From the IMG/VR virus record IMGVR_UViG_3300011337_000090, positions 1 through 39,631 of that record: a stretch of 39,631 nt of DNA. One strand, 5' to 3'. The notes below the pieces were generated by a model. It worked only from the letters and a program-made list of their open reading frames with translations. It did no database searches and was not told the DNA's origin. Both the position numbers and the translations under genes were made by a program. This document shows, in pieces, positions 1 through 8,116 of the stretch (within the stretch, counting starts at the first letter, position 1; every line of letters starts with the position of its first letter). The stretch is from a virus. Lineage: Duplodnaviria; Caudoviricetes.

Positions 1-127
1 CTGCTTGCTTTGAAACGCGCTCAAGAAGTTTCCGTAAGGCAGGGGTCTGTTCGAGGAACTTTGCTTTGAGTCTTGCACCATCTTTAGCAGTTCCACCAAC
101 GATGCTTCCAATCTTTCCATCTCCAGC
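1..127. repeat. 127-bp terminal direct repeat, copy 1 (circular assembly overlap)
   Basis: 1-127 is identical to 39505-39631. It lies inside the polymerase ORF, which reads through the join. Confidence 0.97.
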
Positions 128-583
128 TCCGTAGAGAAAGGCGTAGATGAATGTTTTGGCATTATCTCGGGTAGATAGTCCAGCAGCTCGTTGGTTGACC
201 GTATGTACGTCTGTACCATCTTTAGAACTTCCCTCTGTAACTGTTCTGACATATCCTTCATCCTTCATGTAGTGAGCCAACATACGAAGCTCCAGACCTG
301 AAGCATCGCAACCTACCAACACATTACCGTCCTCTACTGTCCAACATTCCCGACATTCAGGCCCATAAATGGAGCTACTGTTTGGAATTTGAGCCATATT
401 AGGGCTACTGTGGGTCATACGGCCCGTAACAGCACCGTTGGTTATAACCTTACCATGTACCCTACCATCCTTACCTACAGCTTCCATCCATGACTCGATC
501 TGACTAATACGCTTGTTCAGCATCAGATAGTCACGAATCAGCTCCGCTGTTTGTTTTAGCTCTTTCTTCTGTGATTCTTTCAC
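1..583 (-). CDS. polA: DNA polymerase family A, C-terminal (polymerase) half, 5' part; continues across the circular join to 39176 (303 aa total)
   Basis: Not in the ORF track; translated by hand from GTG at 583, preceded by AAGGAAATAT: VKESQKKELKQTAELIRDYLMLNKRISQIESW...GAVTGRMTHSSPNMAQIP...motif A DASGLELR...motif B RDNAKTFIYAFLYG (Tyr at the E. coli Pol I 762 position, as in T7). Confidence 0.95.
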   Translation of the reverse strand, partial: MKESQKKELKQTAELIRDYLMLNKRISQIESWMEAVGKDGRVHGKVITNGAVTGRMTHSSPNMAQIPNSSSIYGPECRECWTVEDGNVLVGCDASGLELRMLAHYMKDEGYVRTVTEGSSKDGTDVHTVNQRAAGLSTRDNAKTFIYAFLYGAGDGKIGSIVGGTAKDGARLKAKFLEQTPALRKLLERVSKQA

Positions 584-1115
584 ATATTTCCTTCATGAAA
601 AATATCAAAGCATCTGGTGTGTATTCTCTTTGATATTGTGTGCATCTAACTGTTCCTTTTACATTCCCCGCGATAGACCTAGTTGGTGTCCCTTCTCTCT
701 TAGGAGGGAAAGCAGGAAGTGCTGAAGCATCTAACCCGCAGATATACAACTTTGTCTTTTTGCGGGCAACGTGTCCAAAATCCCACTGATCAATTGTAAT
801 TGTGTATCCCCCAAAAGAATCAACTCCTTCTGTAAGATCAGTAATCCCGTAGTATTTCCACAAACGTGATCCATAAGGGTGCTCTACAACTCCTCCGTTC
901 TTTCGGACAAGATCAATACTAAACAAAGCTAATTCTTTCTCATCAGGTCTTGGTTTAGCCATATGTGCCAACATTCCCCAAGCACGGCAAGGAGGATGTG
1001 CTATCACTGGGTCTTCTCCTTTGTACGTACGGGCATCTCTGCGTATATCGTACACATCGAATGCAGGAATAGTTTTATATGCGCTATCTTCTCTGGCAAA
1101 TAACACAGGTATCAT
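531..1115 (-). CDS. Small DNA cytosine-C5 methyltransferase-like protein inserted within the polymerase gene
   Basis: AAGGAG RBS, and ATG at 1115 overlaps the upstream stop (ATGA). Motifs: VIAHPPC (IV, catalytic PC), VVEHP (VI-like), DQWDFGHVARKKTKLY (VIII-like). Motif I is degenerate (VLFAREDS). Confidence 0.7.
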   Translation of the reverse strand: MIPVLFAREDSAYKTIPAFDVYDIRRDARTYKGEDPVIAHPPCRAWGMLAHMAKPRPDEKELALFSIDLVRKNGGVVEHPYGSRLWKYYGITDLTEGVDSFGGYTITIDQWDFGHVARKKTKLYICGLDASALPAFPPKREGTPTRSIAGNVKGTVRCTQYQREYTPDALIFFMKEICERITEERAKTNSGADS

Positions 1116-1957
1116 ACTGAACACTCCTTTATAATTTCGTCCAACACAGCTTCATCCACAATTATACTGCCCTTTTCCGTCTTCTTAATAGGCTTCCATC
1201 CCAATTCTATTAGTTTTTCAGCGATTTGTTGTCGGCTTCCGGGGTTGAAAGTAACCACGCTGTCCTTGAGTCTCTTTCCTGTTTTGTCAGAGTATCGCTC
1301 AACAGTGACAGGAGGCCATCTCTGTTGCATTCGCTCATATATTCCTGCCACTTTTGACTTGATGTCAGTAAGTAAGCAGGTTGCGTAGATTTGGTCAAGT
1401 TTGAACCCATTCCTTTCTTGTTGAGCAATGATAGCCGCAACGCTTTGCTCTAACTCCAACGATTCCAGACTGAACTGTTTCTCATTAAACTCATTGCATA
1501 GTTTAAGATACAGCTTAGCAGTAACTTCAACGTCCCTAATGCAGTAATGATTAAGAAGGCTGTCAATAGGATTGTCAAAGCATTCACCTCTGTATTCCTC
1601 TTTCCTGTCCATCATCCACTGCCACACGGCAGCATAGTCAATCTTGTGGAATCCTAAGGTGTTTCCCCAAGCTTCGAGGCTGTGTCCTGTCTCCCTGCTC
1701 GGGTCGAGAAGCCTGCTTACTATCAATGTATCGTACACTTGATTCAAACGAATCTTCGTCTTCCATAAGCGATTCAATACTGGAGCATCGAAAGCGATGC
1801 CGTTGTGCATGACTATCAACGACACGTCCTTTAAATACTCCAGCAGGTTGACGGCTTGTTTCCATACTTTTACTTCTCCACTATCAATGTCTTTGGTTAC
1901 AACAACATGAATCTTGTCATGTGCTAGGTTGGTCTCGATGTCGAGGACGATCCGCAT
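1112..1957 (-). CDS. polA: DNA polymerase family A, N-terminal half (3'-5' exonuclease plus start of thumb)
   Basis: ExoI LDIET, ExoII HNGIAFD, ExoIII YCIRDV, then QERNGF and FNPGSRQQIA. Likely start is ATG 1957 (or 1963), not 2020. Confidence 0.93.
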   Translation of the reverse strand: MRIVLDIETNLAHDKIHVVVTKDIDSGEVKVWKQAVNLLEYLKDVSLIVMHNGIAFDAPVLNRLWKTKIRLNQVYDTLIVSRLLDPSRETGHSLEAWGNTLGFHKIDYAAVWQWMMDRKEEYRGECFDNPIDSLLNHYCIRDVEVTAKLYLKLCNEFNEKQFSLESLELEQSVAAIIAQQERNGFKLDQIYATCLLTDIKSKVAGIYERMQQRWPPVTVERYSDKTGKRLKDSVVTFNPGSRQQIAEKLIELGWKPIKKTEKGSIIVDEAVLDEIIKECSV

Positions 1958-2117
1958 AGTCATGTTCTTCCATTTTCCAAAAGTAAGGGCATCCATCCAT
2001 TTGATAAGGAGGTTGTACAAAGTACGTTTGTCGGTACTCGCTCGGAAACGCTGTATGACGATAGCACTGATGCTTTTGAGGGCATTTGCCTCCTTGACAC
2101 ATTGAAATATCAGGCAT
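1917..2117 (-). CDS. Small Cys-rich hypothetical protein
   Basis: AAGGAAAT RBS; MPDISMC..CPQKHQCYR..CPYFW. Confidence 0.7.
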   Translation of the reverse strand: MPDISMCQGGKCPQKHQCYRHTAFPSEYRQTYFVQPPYQMDGCPYFWKMEEHDYADRPRHRDQPST

Positions 2118-2162
2118 TTTATTTCCTTTAGTTAAGTTTAAAAGTAAACTACTTCAATTATT

Positions 2163-2360
2163 TCAATCAAGGTAACTAGCAATCTGATCTCCTTCAGCTT
2201 TACCTGCATAGTAGGCTGCTTTTAACCATTCTACCATCCTTATAGCCAAGGCTCTCTTGTCAATAAAAGCACTAAGGCTCTCATAAAAGCGTTCACTCTT
2301 AAGCCCATACGCTTCTAACTGGTGAAACCAGTCTTCAAAAGTCACTTCAGATTTAGCCAT
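2163..2360 (-). CDS. Hypothetical protein
   Basis: In-operon ORF; likely start MAKSEVTFEDWF. Confidence 0.6.
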   Translation of the reverse strand: MAKSEVTFEDWFHQLEAYGLKSERFYESLSAFIDKRALAIRMVEWLKAAYYAGKAEGDQIASYLD

Positions 2361-2491
2361 AGTCCCACCTGTGCAAAGGCGTACCCTGACCAAATCATCC
2401 CGTTAGAGATCTCTCCCTTGGACCATTGTAGCACACCTACGATCAGGTAGCCTACTCCGGTAGCGCCTACGATTAGATGTTCAATGGTCAT
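2342..2491 (-). CDS. Small membrane protein
   Basis: MTIEHLIVGATGVGYLIVGVLQW...YAFAQVGLWLNLK; two hydrophobic segments; ATGA coupling. Confidence 0.6.
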   Translation of the reverse strand: MTIEHLIVGATGVGYLIVGVLQWSKGEISNGMIWSGYAFAQVGLWLNLK

Positions 2492-2760
2492 GTGTCGCCC
2501 GCTACATCTTCTTGGATTAGATTTGCAGCAACGTGCCAATAGTTGTGCGCTCCTTTTGCTGCTTCGTGCTGAATCATCAACAGGTTAACAATGCGCTGGC
2601 GCTCTGCTAATATGGCATCGTCAAAACGCTTCAGCCACATTTGTGCATGTGTAAAACTGTAGTCTTTTCTGACAAGCTCTGCAAAGCGTTCAAGCTCTGG
2701 CTGAACTTCTTTGTGCGTAAACAGTCCAGCCTCACGCGCCATTTCAATTACGGTCTTCAT
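2488..2760 (-). CDS. Hypothetical protein
   Basis: Likely start MKTVIEMAREAG; contains LERFAELVR. Confidence 0.6.
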   Translation of the reverse strand: MKTVIEMAREAGLFTHKEVQPELERFAELVRKDYSFTHAQMWLKRFDDAILAERQRIVNLLMIQHEAAKGAHNYWHVAANLIQEDVAGDT

Positions 2761-2869
2761 GCTTCTGTTCCTCTTTAGGTTTCTTACCGAAGACCTGATC
2801 CCAGTTATCCCTGAACTTCTGAGGGTCAGGGATGGGCCTTGGTGCTGATCCTTTACCGCCATCGCTCAT
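2744..2869 (-). CDS. 41-aa phage peptide (GGKGS..RP...NWD.VFGK type)
   Basis: Hand-translated MSDGGKGSAPRPIPDPQKFRDNWDQVFGKKPKEEQKHEDRN; ATGA overlap with the upstream gene; below the ORF-track cut-off. Confidence 0.65.
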   Translation of the reverse strand: MSDGGKGSAPRPIPDPQKFRDNWDQVFGKKPKEEQKHEDRN

Positions 2870-3261
2870 AGTTCTTCTCCATATGTTTTAAACACCCACT
2901 TAGCAAACATAATCAACTCTTCTCTACTTGCAGAAGATTTCATAGTGTTAGCCAGTTGAGACAAAATCTGAATATTGTCTTTCGTATATCCTTTAGTGGA
3001 ATCTTTACGATCAACTGAGACGCTATTGTTTAGACTTTTACCTTCGTTTCTTTTCAGCTCAAAACCAAAGACAGGGCACTCAATAACGCCTTCAATGTCG
3101 CTAACTTCTAAATCAAAAGGAAGATTCTTCTTCTTTGCTCGCTGTTTTAAGTTCGCTAACAGACGCTCAGACGTACGTCCTTTATTATATTCTTTCTTTT
3201 GCTTCAGGATAGCTTCTTTATTCTTCTCGTAGTATTCTCTACTATATTCCTTACTTGTCAT
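2866..3261 (-). CDS. Free-standing HNH-like endonuclease
   Basis: CPVFG...SVSVDRKDSTKGYTKDNIQILSQLANTMK; AT-rich relative to neighbours; paralogous to 35121-35585. Confidence 0.75.
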   Translation of the reverse strand: MTSKEYSREYYEKNKEAILKQKKEYNKGRTSERLLANLKQRAKKKNLPFDLEVSDIEGVIECPVFGFELKRNEGKSLNNSVSVDRKDSTKGYTKDNIQILSQLANTMKSSASREELIMFAKWVFKTYGEEL

Positions 3262-4853
3262 AGCGATTCCTCCATAACTTCCACAAGTTTGTTCACTTTC
3301 TTATCAAAATACAAACTACCAGCAGGTCCGGTTTCGCCTGTAAAGCGTGACTTCAGCAATCGAAGCTCTGTTGTATTTCGTTTAGCCTCGTCATCATTCT
3401 GTTGATCTCGTTGAAGACCAATGACAGCATCCGACAACTGGCTAATACCTTGAGTACCTCGTAAGGAAGACAAACTAATCTCAGCACCGTTTTCCAAGCC
3501 CTTACCGTCCTGTCGGCGGGTATGTGAGATACCAAACAAACCTACACCTGTCTCTTCAACAAATGTACGCAGCTTTGTGAGCAGCATATCCAGTCCTTTA
3601 CGTTCGTCTGTATCCATACCTGAAAGAATCATCTGGTAGTGATCCAGAATAACCCACTGACATCCCTGAGCTTTGACCATGTATCGCAAACGGTTCAACA
3701 CGTTGTCAATGTCCAAAGAACCAAAGTGATTAAACAACACACAACGTCCTGTCCCCATTGTCTTCAAATACGCTTTCTCAAGTTCCTCTTCGGTGTACTC
3801 CGTCTGAGGCAAATGTAAAGGCTTACCTGCTTCAATGGACATAATACCCAAAGCTGTACGCTCTGGTGATTCTTCCAAGAAAGCCATCCCAATGTTGTCG
3901 TTAGTCGTAATCAACAAGTGATGAATCAACTGACGCAAGAAAGTAGACTTACCTTGTCCAGTGCCTGCCGCAATGGTGATAAGTTCACGCTTACGCAGGC
4001 CTGCCATCATCTCATTCAGTTTTGAATAAGGCCATGACGCATCAGGCAACTGCTTAGGCTTACGAAGTTCTTCCCACAAGTCCTTACCGTTGATAATCCC
4101 ATCTGGTGTGTAAGGGGCAGCTCTCCACCATTCATTTACAAAGTCCTTGGTAGCCCCTGCAATCAGGTAGTCACAAGCATCCTTGTAACCTGCCTTGTGC
4201 TGGACAATCTTGGCCTTGTTACCGAACAATTCAGCCACTTCCTTAGCAGCCTTCTTACCCGGCTCATCGGCATCAAAGCAGATCACTACCGAGTCAAAGC
4301 TGTTCAGCCACTCATACTGGGCTTTACAGTCCTTCAACGCTGCCTGAGCACCGTTACGGATACTCACTGTTGGATAAAGGCTCCCTTGCATCTGGAAAGC
4401 TGCGAGAGCGTCAAGCTCTCCTTCTGTGATGGTAACAGCCTTTCCTCCTGCGTGAAAGAGATGCTGACCGAATAGTGTTGCTCCCTTGAAATCTCCGGTG
4501 ATGGAGAATGACTTTGAAGGAACATTGCGTTGCTTAACAGCCGTTCTAACTCCGTCTGCGTCAGTGTAAGGATAATACTGATTGTCTCCATCTGTGGTTA
4601 CTCCGTACTTCTCACAGGTTGCCTGACTGATTCCTCGGTCAGGGATTGATTTACACGTTCCTTTGATTTCCATCTGTGTTACTTTCCGAGGGGCTACAGC
4701 GTCCCTCATTACCGTTCGCTCATCGTAAGAGCCTTCATGCTCCGTTACACCACATTGGAAGCAGTGAGTATGGCCATCATCATAGAGGCTGTTAGCGTCA
4801 GAGCTTCCGCAGTGATCGCAGGACAGATGACGAATGAACTTGCTGTTAGTCAT
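3258..4853 (-). CDS. T7 gp4-like primase-helicase
   Basis: Zn-binding CDHC...CFQC, TOPRIM TEGELD/CFDAD, Walker A AGTGQGKS, ILDH, SLRGTQGISQLSD, KSRFTGETG. Confidence 0.96.
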   Translation of the reverse strand: MTNSKFIRHLSCDHCGSSDANSLYDDGHTHCFQCGVTEHEGSYDERTVMRDAVAPRKVTQMEIKGTCKSIPDRGISQATCEKYGVTTDGDNQYYPYTDADGVRTAVKQRNVPSKSFSITGDFKGATLFGQHLFHAGGKAVTITEGELDALAAFQMQGSLYPTVSIRNGAQAALKDCKAQYEWLNSFDSVVICFDADEPGKKAAKEVAELFGNKAKIVQHKAGYKDACDYLIAGATKDFVNEWWRAAPYTPDGIINGKDLWEELRKPKQLPDASWPYSKLNEMMAGLRKRELITIAAGTGQGKSTFLRQLIHHLLITTNDNIGMAFLEESPERTALGIMSIEAGKPLHLPQTEYTEEELEKAYLKTMGTGRCVLFNHFGSLDIDNVLNRLRYMVKAQGCQWVILDHYQMILSGMDTDERKGLDMLLTKLRTFVEETGVGLFGISHTRRQDGKGLENGAEISLSSLRGTQGISQLSDAVIGLQRDQQNDDEAKRNTTELRLLKSRFTGETGPAGSLYFDKKVNKLVEVMEESL

Positions 4854-5082
4854 ACCATTGCTCCCTAATCTGATCCTCAATCTCATCCCATGAACGCTTC
4901 ACCTGACGATCAATGTCATTCAGGTCATTCTGATCAAGTGTATCCACAATGTCGACACCCTTGTACCATACCTCCAGTGAAGGCCAATAGATGCCAGAGT
5001 TGTCGCCGTCACTTTCAAGATCAAAGCAGACAGTGGCTGTGGCGTTCTCGCCGATGTTCAAGTTAAGACTGAATCTAGTCAT
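4846..5082 (-). CDS. Acidic hypothetical protein
   Basis: AAGGTGG RBS; likely start MTRFSLNLNIG; D/E-rich. Confidence 0.6.
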   Translation of the reverse strand: MTRFSLNLNIGENATATVCFDLESDGDNSGIYWPSLEVWYKGVDIVDTLDQNDLNDIDRQVKRSWDEIEDQIREQWYD

Positions 5083-5131
5083 TTCAGCACCACCTTTAAA
5101 AGTGTTAAGACACCCACAAACAGTGAGACAA

Positions 5132-5320
5132 TCATTGTTCATCCCCTTTAACGTCCTGTTGCATTCGTTGCACTGCACACATTACATCATACATGACCTG
5201 TTCATAGCCGTTGGCACGGATAAGACCAGCCATATCATCAATCACAGAGTGATACCAGCACTCAAATTGTACAAGTTCTTGCTCTTGGTTGTCCATATAC
5301 TCAATCATTGAATCATTCAT
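5132..5320 (-). CDS. Acidic hypothetical protein
   Basis: First ORF downstream of the promoter at 5494-5521; AAGG RBS. Confidence 0.6.
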   Translation of the reverse strand: MNDSMIEYMDNQEQELVQFECWYHSVIDDMAGLIRANGYEQVMYDVMCAVQRMQQDVKGDEQ

Positions 5321-5359
5321 GATGTTACCTTTTGATGAAAGTTACCAACATTTAGACAC

Positions 5360-5490
5360 ACATCTATAGTACTTTAAAGTACCTAAGACATTTCTTCTAT
5401 GCTTTTATGTCTTCTGTATAAGTACTTATATAAGTAACTTATAGTATGTTACATCTAAGCATCTATGAAACATCTTAGTGTCTCTATAGT
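5360..5490. other. AT-rich palindrome-rich block A (candidate replication origin or leader element)
   Basis: Non-coding, with ACTTTAAAGT, ATAAGTACTTAT and TATAAGTAACTTATA palindromes; 5429-5449 is the exact reverse complement of 9694-9714. Confidence 0.5.
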
Positions 5491-5493
5491 ATT

Positions 5494-5521
5494 ATTATAT
5501 GCCGCGATCAATCTTTGTCAA
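5494..5521 (-). promoter_or_regulatory. Sigma70-type promoter for replication genes
   Basis: TTGACA-N16-TATAAT on the - strand, both hexamers perfect consensus. Confidence 0.85.
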
Positions 5522-5759
5522 GCCCTAAATTGTAACCGTTTGTAACAGTGTCAAGGTCTAGGTCGTTGCCAAGGGTGTCCAGATCGTCAACATCATCATC
5601 AAAATCAGCTTCTTTGACCAGATCAGGCCTGTCCTTTGTCGGGATGTTGGGCATGTCTTTCATGCAACGATTGCACAAGTCCAAGAATTCATTGGTGATG
5701 GCATGTCTACGGGTTGACTCATAGTCATTCAATGTTTTATTACAAGCGATACAACGCAT
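5508..5759 (-). CDS. Zn-finger protein with acidic tail
   Basis: AGGAG RBS; CIAC...CNRC; D-rich C-terminus. Confidence 0.75.
   Translation of the reverse strand: MRCIACNKTLNDYESTRRHAITNEFLDLCNRCMKDMPNIPTKDRPDLVKEADFDDDVDDLDTLGNDLDLDTVTNGYNLGLDKD
5528..5548. promoter_or_regulatory. TGTAAC-N4-TGTAAC direct-repeat box upstream of -35
   Basis: AATTGTAACCGTTTGTAACAG; 20/21 identical to 8980-9000. Confidence 0.55.
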
Positions 5760-5938
5760 TATTCACTCCTCTGGCTATGTAGCCATTAGTTGGTTCATTT
5801 GAAGCCTTTGTAGGCCCGTTTAAGCCCCTCTACGGGCCTTTCGTGATGGTAACACTAACTCAATAAGCCATTTGATCATAGTAACCCGCCAAAAGGTAAG
5901 CAATAAACACCAGTCCCAAGACTGTCCAGTGGTTAGGC

Positions 5939-6160
5939 TTAAACATTCTCAGCCTCCAATCTAACCATATCCTCAATGTCAAGGATTAGCTGATAATCGA
6001 CAACATCCTTCATGTCCGGTGGATTGTCGTCCTTGTATCCCTCAAGATACAGGTCAGTACACCGAACGATCAAGGGTAAAGACTCAATCGACTGCACTTC
6101 GCAAAGCCCATACCATTCGCAACCTCTGATAGTGTACACAAATTGTTTAATCTTGGTCAC
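5939..6160 (-). CDS. Hypothetical early protein
   Basis: GTG start, GAGG RBS, GTGA overlap. Confidence 0.6.
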   Translation of the reverse strand: MTKIKQFVYTIRGCEWYGLCEVQSIESLPLIVRCTDLYLEGYKDDNPPDMKDVVDYQLILDIEDMVRLEAENV

Positions 6161-6271
6161 AGTGGTGCATCCTCATGGTTAGCAGGGTTGAATTTAGGCT
6201 TTTTATGGCCTGTATCGAGTGGGTTAGGGAAGGCAGGGAAGGGCCAAGAGTCTGCGGTTATTAGTAACACA

Positions 6272-6457
6272 TTACCCATAGTGTTCTTCCCCAAACCAAT
6301 CTTGCCATACTTCAAGGGCCAATTCTGTTCTTCCTGCTGCTTTGCCTGTCTCAAATGCCAACACTAATGGGTCGACTGTTTCAACGTCTACCCACAAGGC
6401 TTCATCGTTGACTATTGCCTTCAGTTTTTCATACATTTGTTGAGATGCTAACATCAC
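6272..6457 (-). CDS. Hypothetical early protein
   Basis: Coupled to the upstream ORF by a GTGA overlap. Confidence 0.55.
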   Translation of the reverse strand: MMLASQQMYEKLKAIVNDEALWVDVETVDPLVLAFETGKAAGRTELALEVWQDWFGEEHYG

Positions 6458-6654
6458 TTCACCTTCACCAGTTTAAAAAGGTTAAGACAATCGCCCCTAA
6501 CCCACTTGTCCGGGACAATCTCGCCCGTTTCGGGGTCATAATAGGCTTGATCCGGCCCGTAATCGTTACATTCCAGCCAGTGCTGACAAATACCCCGTTC
6601 AGTGGCACTGAAAGCCACGATGCCGGATGATTTGAATTGGACTTCATATCTCAT
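6454..6654 (-). CDS. Hypothetical early protein
   Basis: ATG 1 nt after the upstream stop. Confidence 0.65.
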   Translation of the reverse strand: MRYEVQFKSSGIVAFSATERGICQHWLECNDYGPDQAYYDPETGEIVPDKWVRGDCLNLFKLVKVK

Positions 6655-6655
6655 A

Positions 6656-6961
6656 TCATACCCCTAAAGCTTCACAAATTGCATTGTAGGTGTCCGCTTT
6701 GCTTTTATAGTAAGCATAATTATCGTCCCCCGGCTTAAAGTTTTGCCATTGATTGTAGCGCTTGTATCGCGCTATATCAGCCCGTAAGCCATATGGGCTA
6801 TAAACACCCTTAAAGCCTTCAAGATTGTAATGGGCGATAAAGCCACTACAAAGATACAGAAACCCGTACCCACGTTTGTTAAGCTTTTCCGTATCCTTAC
6901 AAGCGCTGATAACGTTTCGCACAATCAAGCGCTTTTCATTGTCTGTAATAGGTTTGAGCAT
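6656..6961 (-). CDS. Hypothetical early protein
   Basis: AAGGGG RBS; LYLCSGFIAHYNLEGF core. Confidence 0.7.
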   Translation of the reverse strand: MLKPITDNEKRLIVRNVISACKDTEKLNKRGYGFLYLCSGFIAHYNLEGFKGVYSPYGLRADIARYKRYNQWQNFKPGDDNYAYYKSKADTYNAICEALGV

Positions 6962-6980
6962 AGTTACCCCTTAGTCAATG

Positions 6981-7214
6981 TTATTTCAAGCCTACAATGG
7001 CTTTTAAAGCGGCTTTATGGGCCTTTGCTTTGTCCCCACGATACCCGCTAGCGTTAGCCAAGAAATAAGACACTACAGATTTTGCGCTATCGTATCCGAA
7101 GCTATCCGAAGCGCTATCAAGCGAACGCATGGCTTGTAGATAAGGCTTTGCAGCATAGTTAACGTTTTTCCAGTCGCGGGAAATTTCACGTGCAATTGTG
7201 CTGATTGTTTGCAT
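6981..7214 (-). CDS. Hypothetical early protein
   Basis: MQTISTIAREISRDWKNVNYAAKPYLQAM...YFLANASGYRG. Confidence 0.7.
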   Translation of the reverse strand: MQTISTIAREISRDWKNVNYAAKPYLQAMRSLDSASDSFGYDSAKSVVSYFLANASGYRGDKAKAHKAALKAIVGLK

Positions 7215-7292
7215 GATGTAATCCATTGATTGTGACCCTACGGATTGTAGGCCATAACGCGCTAAGGATAACGCGCTACAGTTTACAGTCTA

Positions 7293-7469
7293 TCATTTGC
7301 CATTCACCCAGCCATTGTAGCGCTGACGTGGTGCATGCTGCAAGGGATACGGGTTAGGCTTGTGGATGATAGCTTTTACTTGATCGATGGTAAGCTTACA
7401 TTGTAGCGCGATAGCTTCATAAGACATACCGCATACATCCCAATAGTAAACAATGTTCTTTTCGGACAT
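7293..7469 (-). CDS. 58-aa helix-turn-helix-like protein
   Basis: Hand-translated MSEKNIVYYWDVCGMSYEAIALQCKLTIDQVKAIIHKP...; GMSYEAIA..KLTIDQVK fits an HTH pattern. Confidence 0.55.
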   Translation of the reverse strand: MSEKNIVYYWDVCGMSYEAIALQCKLTIDQVKAIIHKPNPYPLQHAPRQRYNGWVNGK

Positions 7470-7471
7470 GC

Positions 7472-8116
7472 TTAGCCTTTCATAATACGGATAACTTTAG
7501 CCATTTTACGGCCATGCGCTGGGTACGCTATCACGTTGACAGACTTATCCCAACAAGCGCGACACCCGTTACATTTACCCTCATGTTCATAAGCTTGGCA
7601 AAGCGATACACCCGTGGGTACAGTCTCGCTATCAGGGACGATGACGCTACCGTGTAACCCGGCGATAAATTCACCTTGTACGCTATCACTGGAAAACCTA
7701 ACCGATACGTTAGGCAAAGTTTGCATGGCTTGCAGTACTGTAGAGAATTTAGGGAATTTATGCATACGTGTCGGCAGCCAATGCTTGCACCAAGGCGTAC
7801 GTACCATAACTTCTAGAATCTTTTCCGCTAACCCTAGCGTGTACATGTCGCCGCTATCGAACCAGCGGAAATACCGGTCAGAATCTAAGGCTTTTACCAT
7901 ATCGTCAACCCATTCCATGCGCTGCCAGTCTTCGCGGTTAGACAATCTAGGCGCTTTGACGTTAGGATATTTATAGTTACCCGTGGTGGCATAGCATCCC
8001 TTGCAGGCGTCAACAAGGACACCCGGCGAAGAAATAGAACCTGGGCAAGTATCCAGGGCCTGTAAAGACCATGAACGGATGCCGTCAAGTTTTGAAGTCT
8101 TAGAAATTTTGATCAT
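7472..8116 (-). CDS. GP88-family (radical-SAM-like Fe-S) protein
   Basis: GGAG RBS, start MIKISKTSKL; TCPGS...CKGCYA, FRWFDSGD, HWLPTR, C-terminal CQAY...CNGCRACW. Confidence 0.75.
   Translation of the reverse strand: MIKISKTSKLDGIRSWSLQALDTCPGSISSPGVLVDACKGCYATTGNYKYPNVKAPRLSNREDWQRMEWVDDMVKALDSDRYFRWFDSGDMYTLGLAEKILEVMVRTPWCKHWLPTRMHKFPKFSTVLQAMQTLPNVSVRFSSDSVQGEFIAGLHGSVIVPDSETVPTGVSLCQAYEHEGKCNGCRACWDKSVNVIAYPAHGRKMAKVIRIMKG

Noticed and set aside
531-1115. Group I intron or intein in the polymerase
   Set aside because: The insert is wall-to-wall coding with overlaps at both ends, leaving no room for a ribozyme core. There are no Cys/Ser...His-Asn intein ends, and the polymerase frame is broken by a stop.
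6157-6354. 65-aa ORF as called in the track
   Set aside because: It overlaps 6272-6457 extensively. Only a short 3' part (MGNVLLITADSWPFP...) may be real, so its boundaries are not supportable.
8040-8057. Impression that CCWGG (Dcm) sites are rare genome-wide apart from two here
   Set aside because: I could not count this reliably by eye over 39.6 kb; it needs a k-mer computation before any claim.
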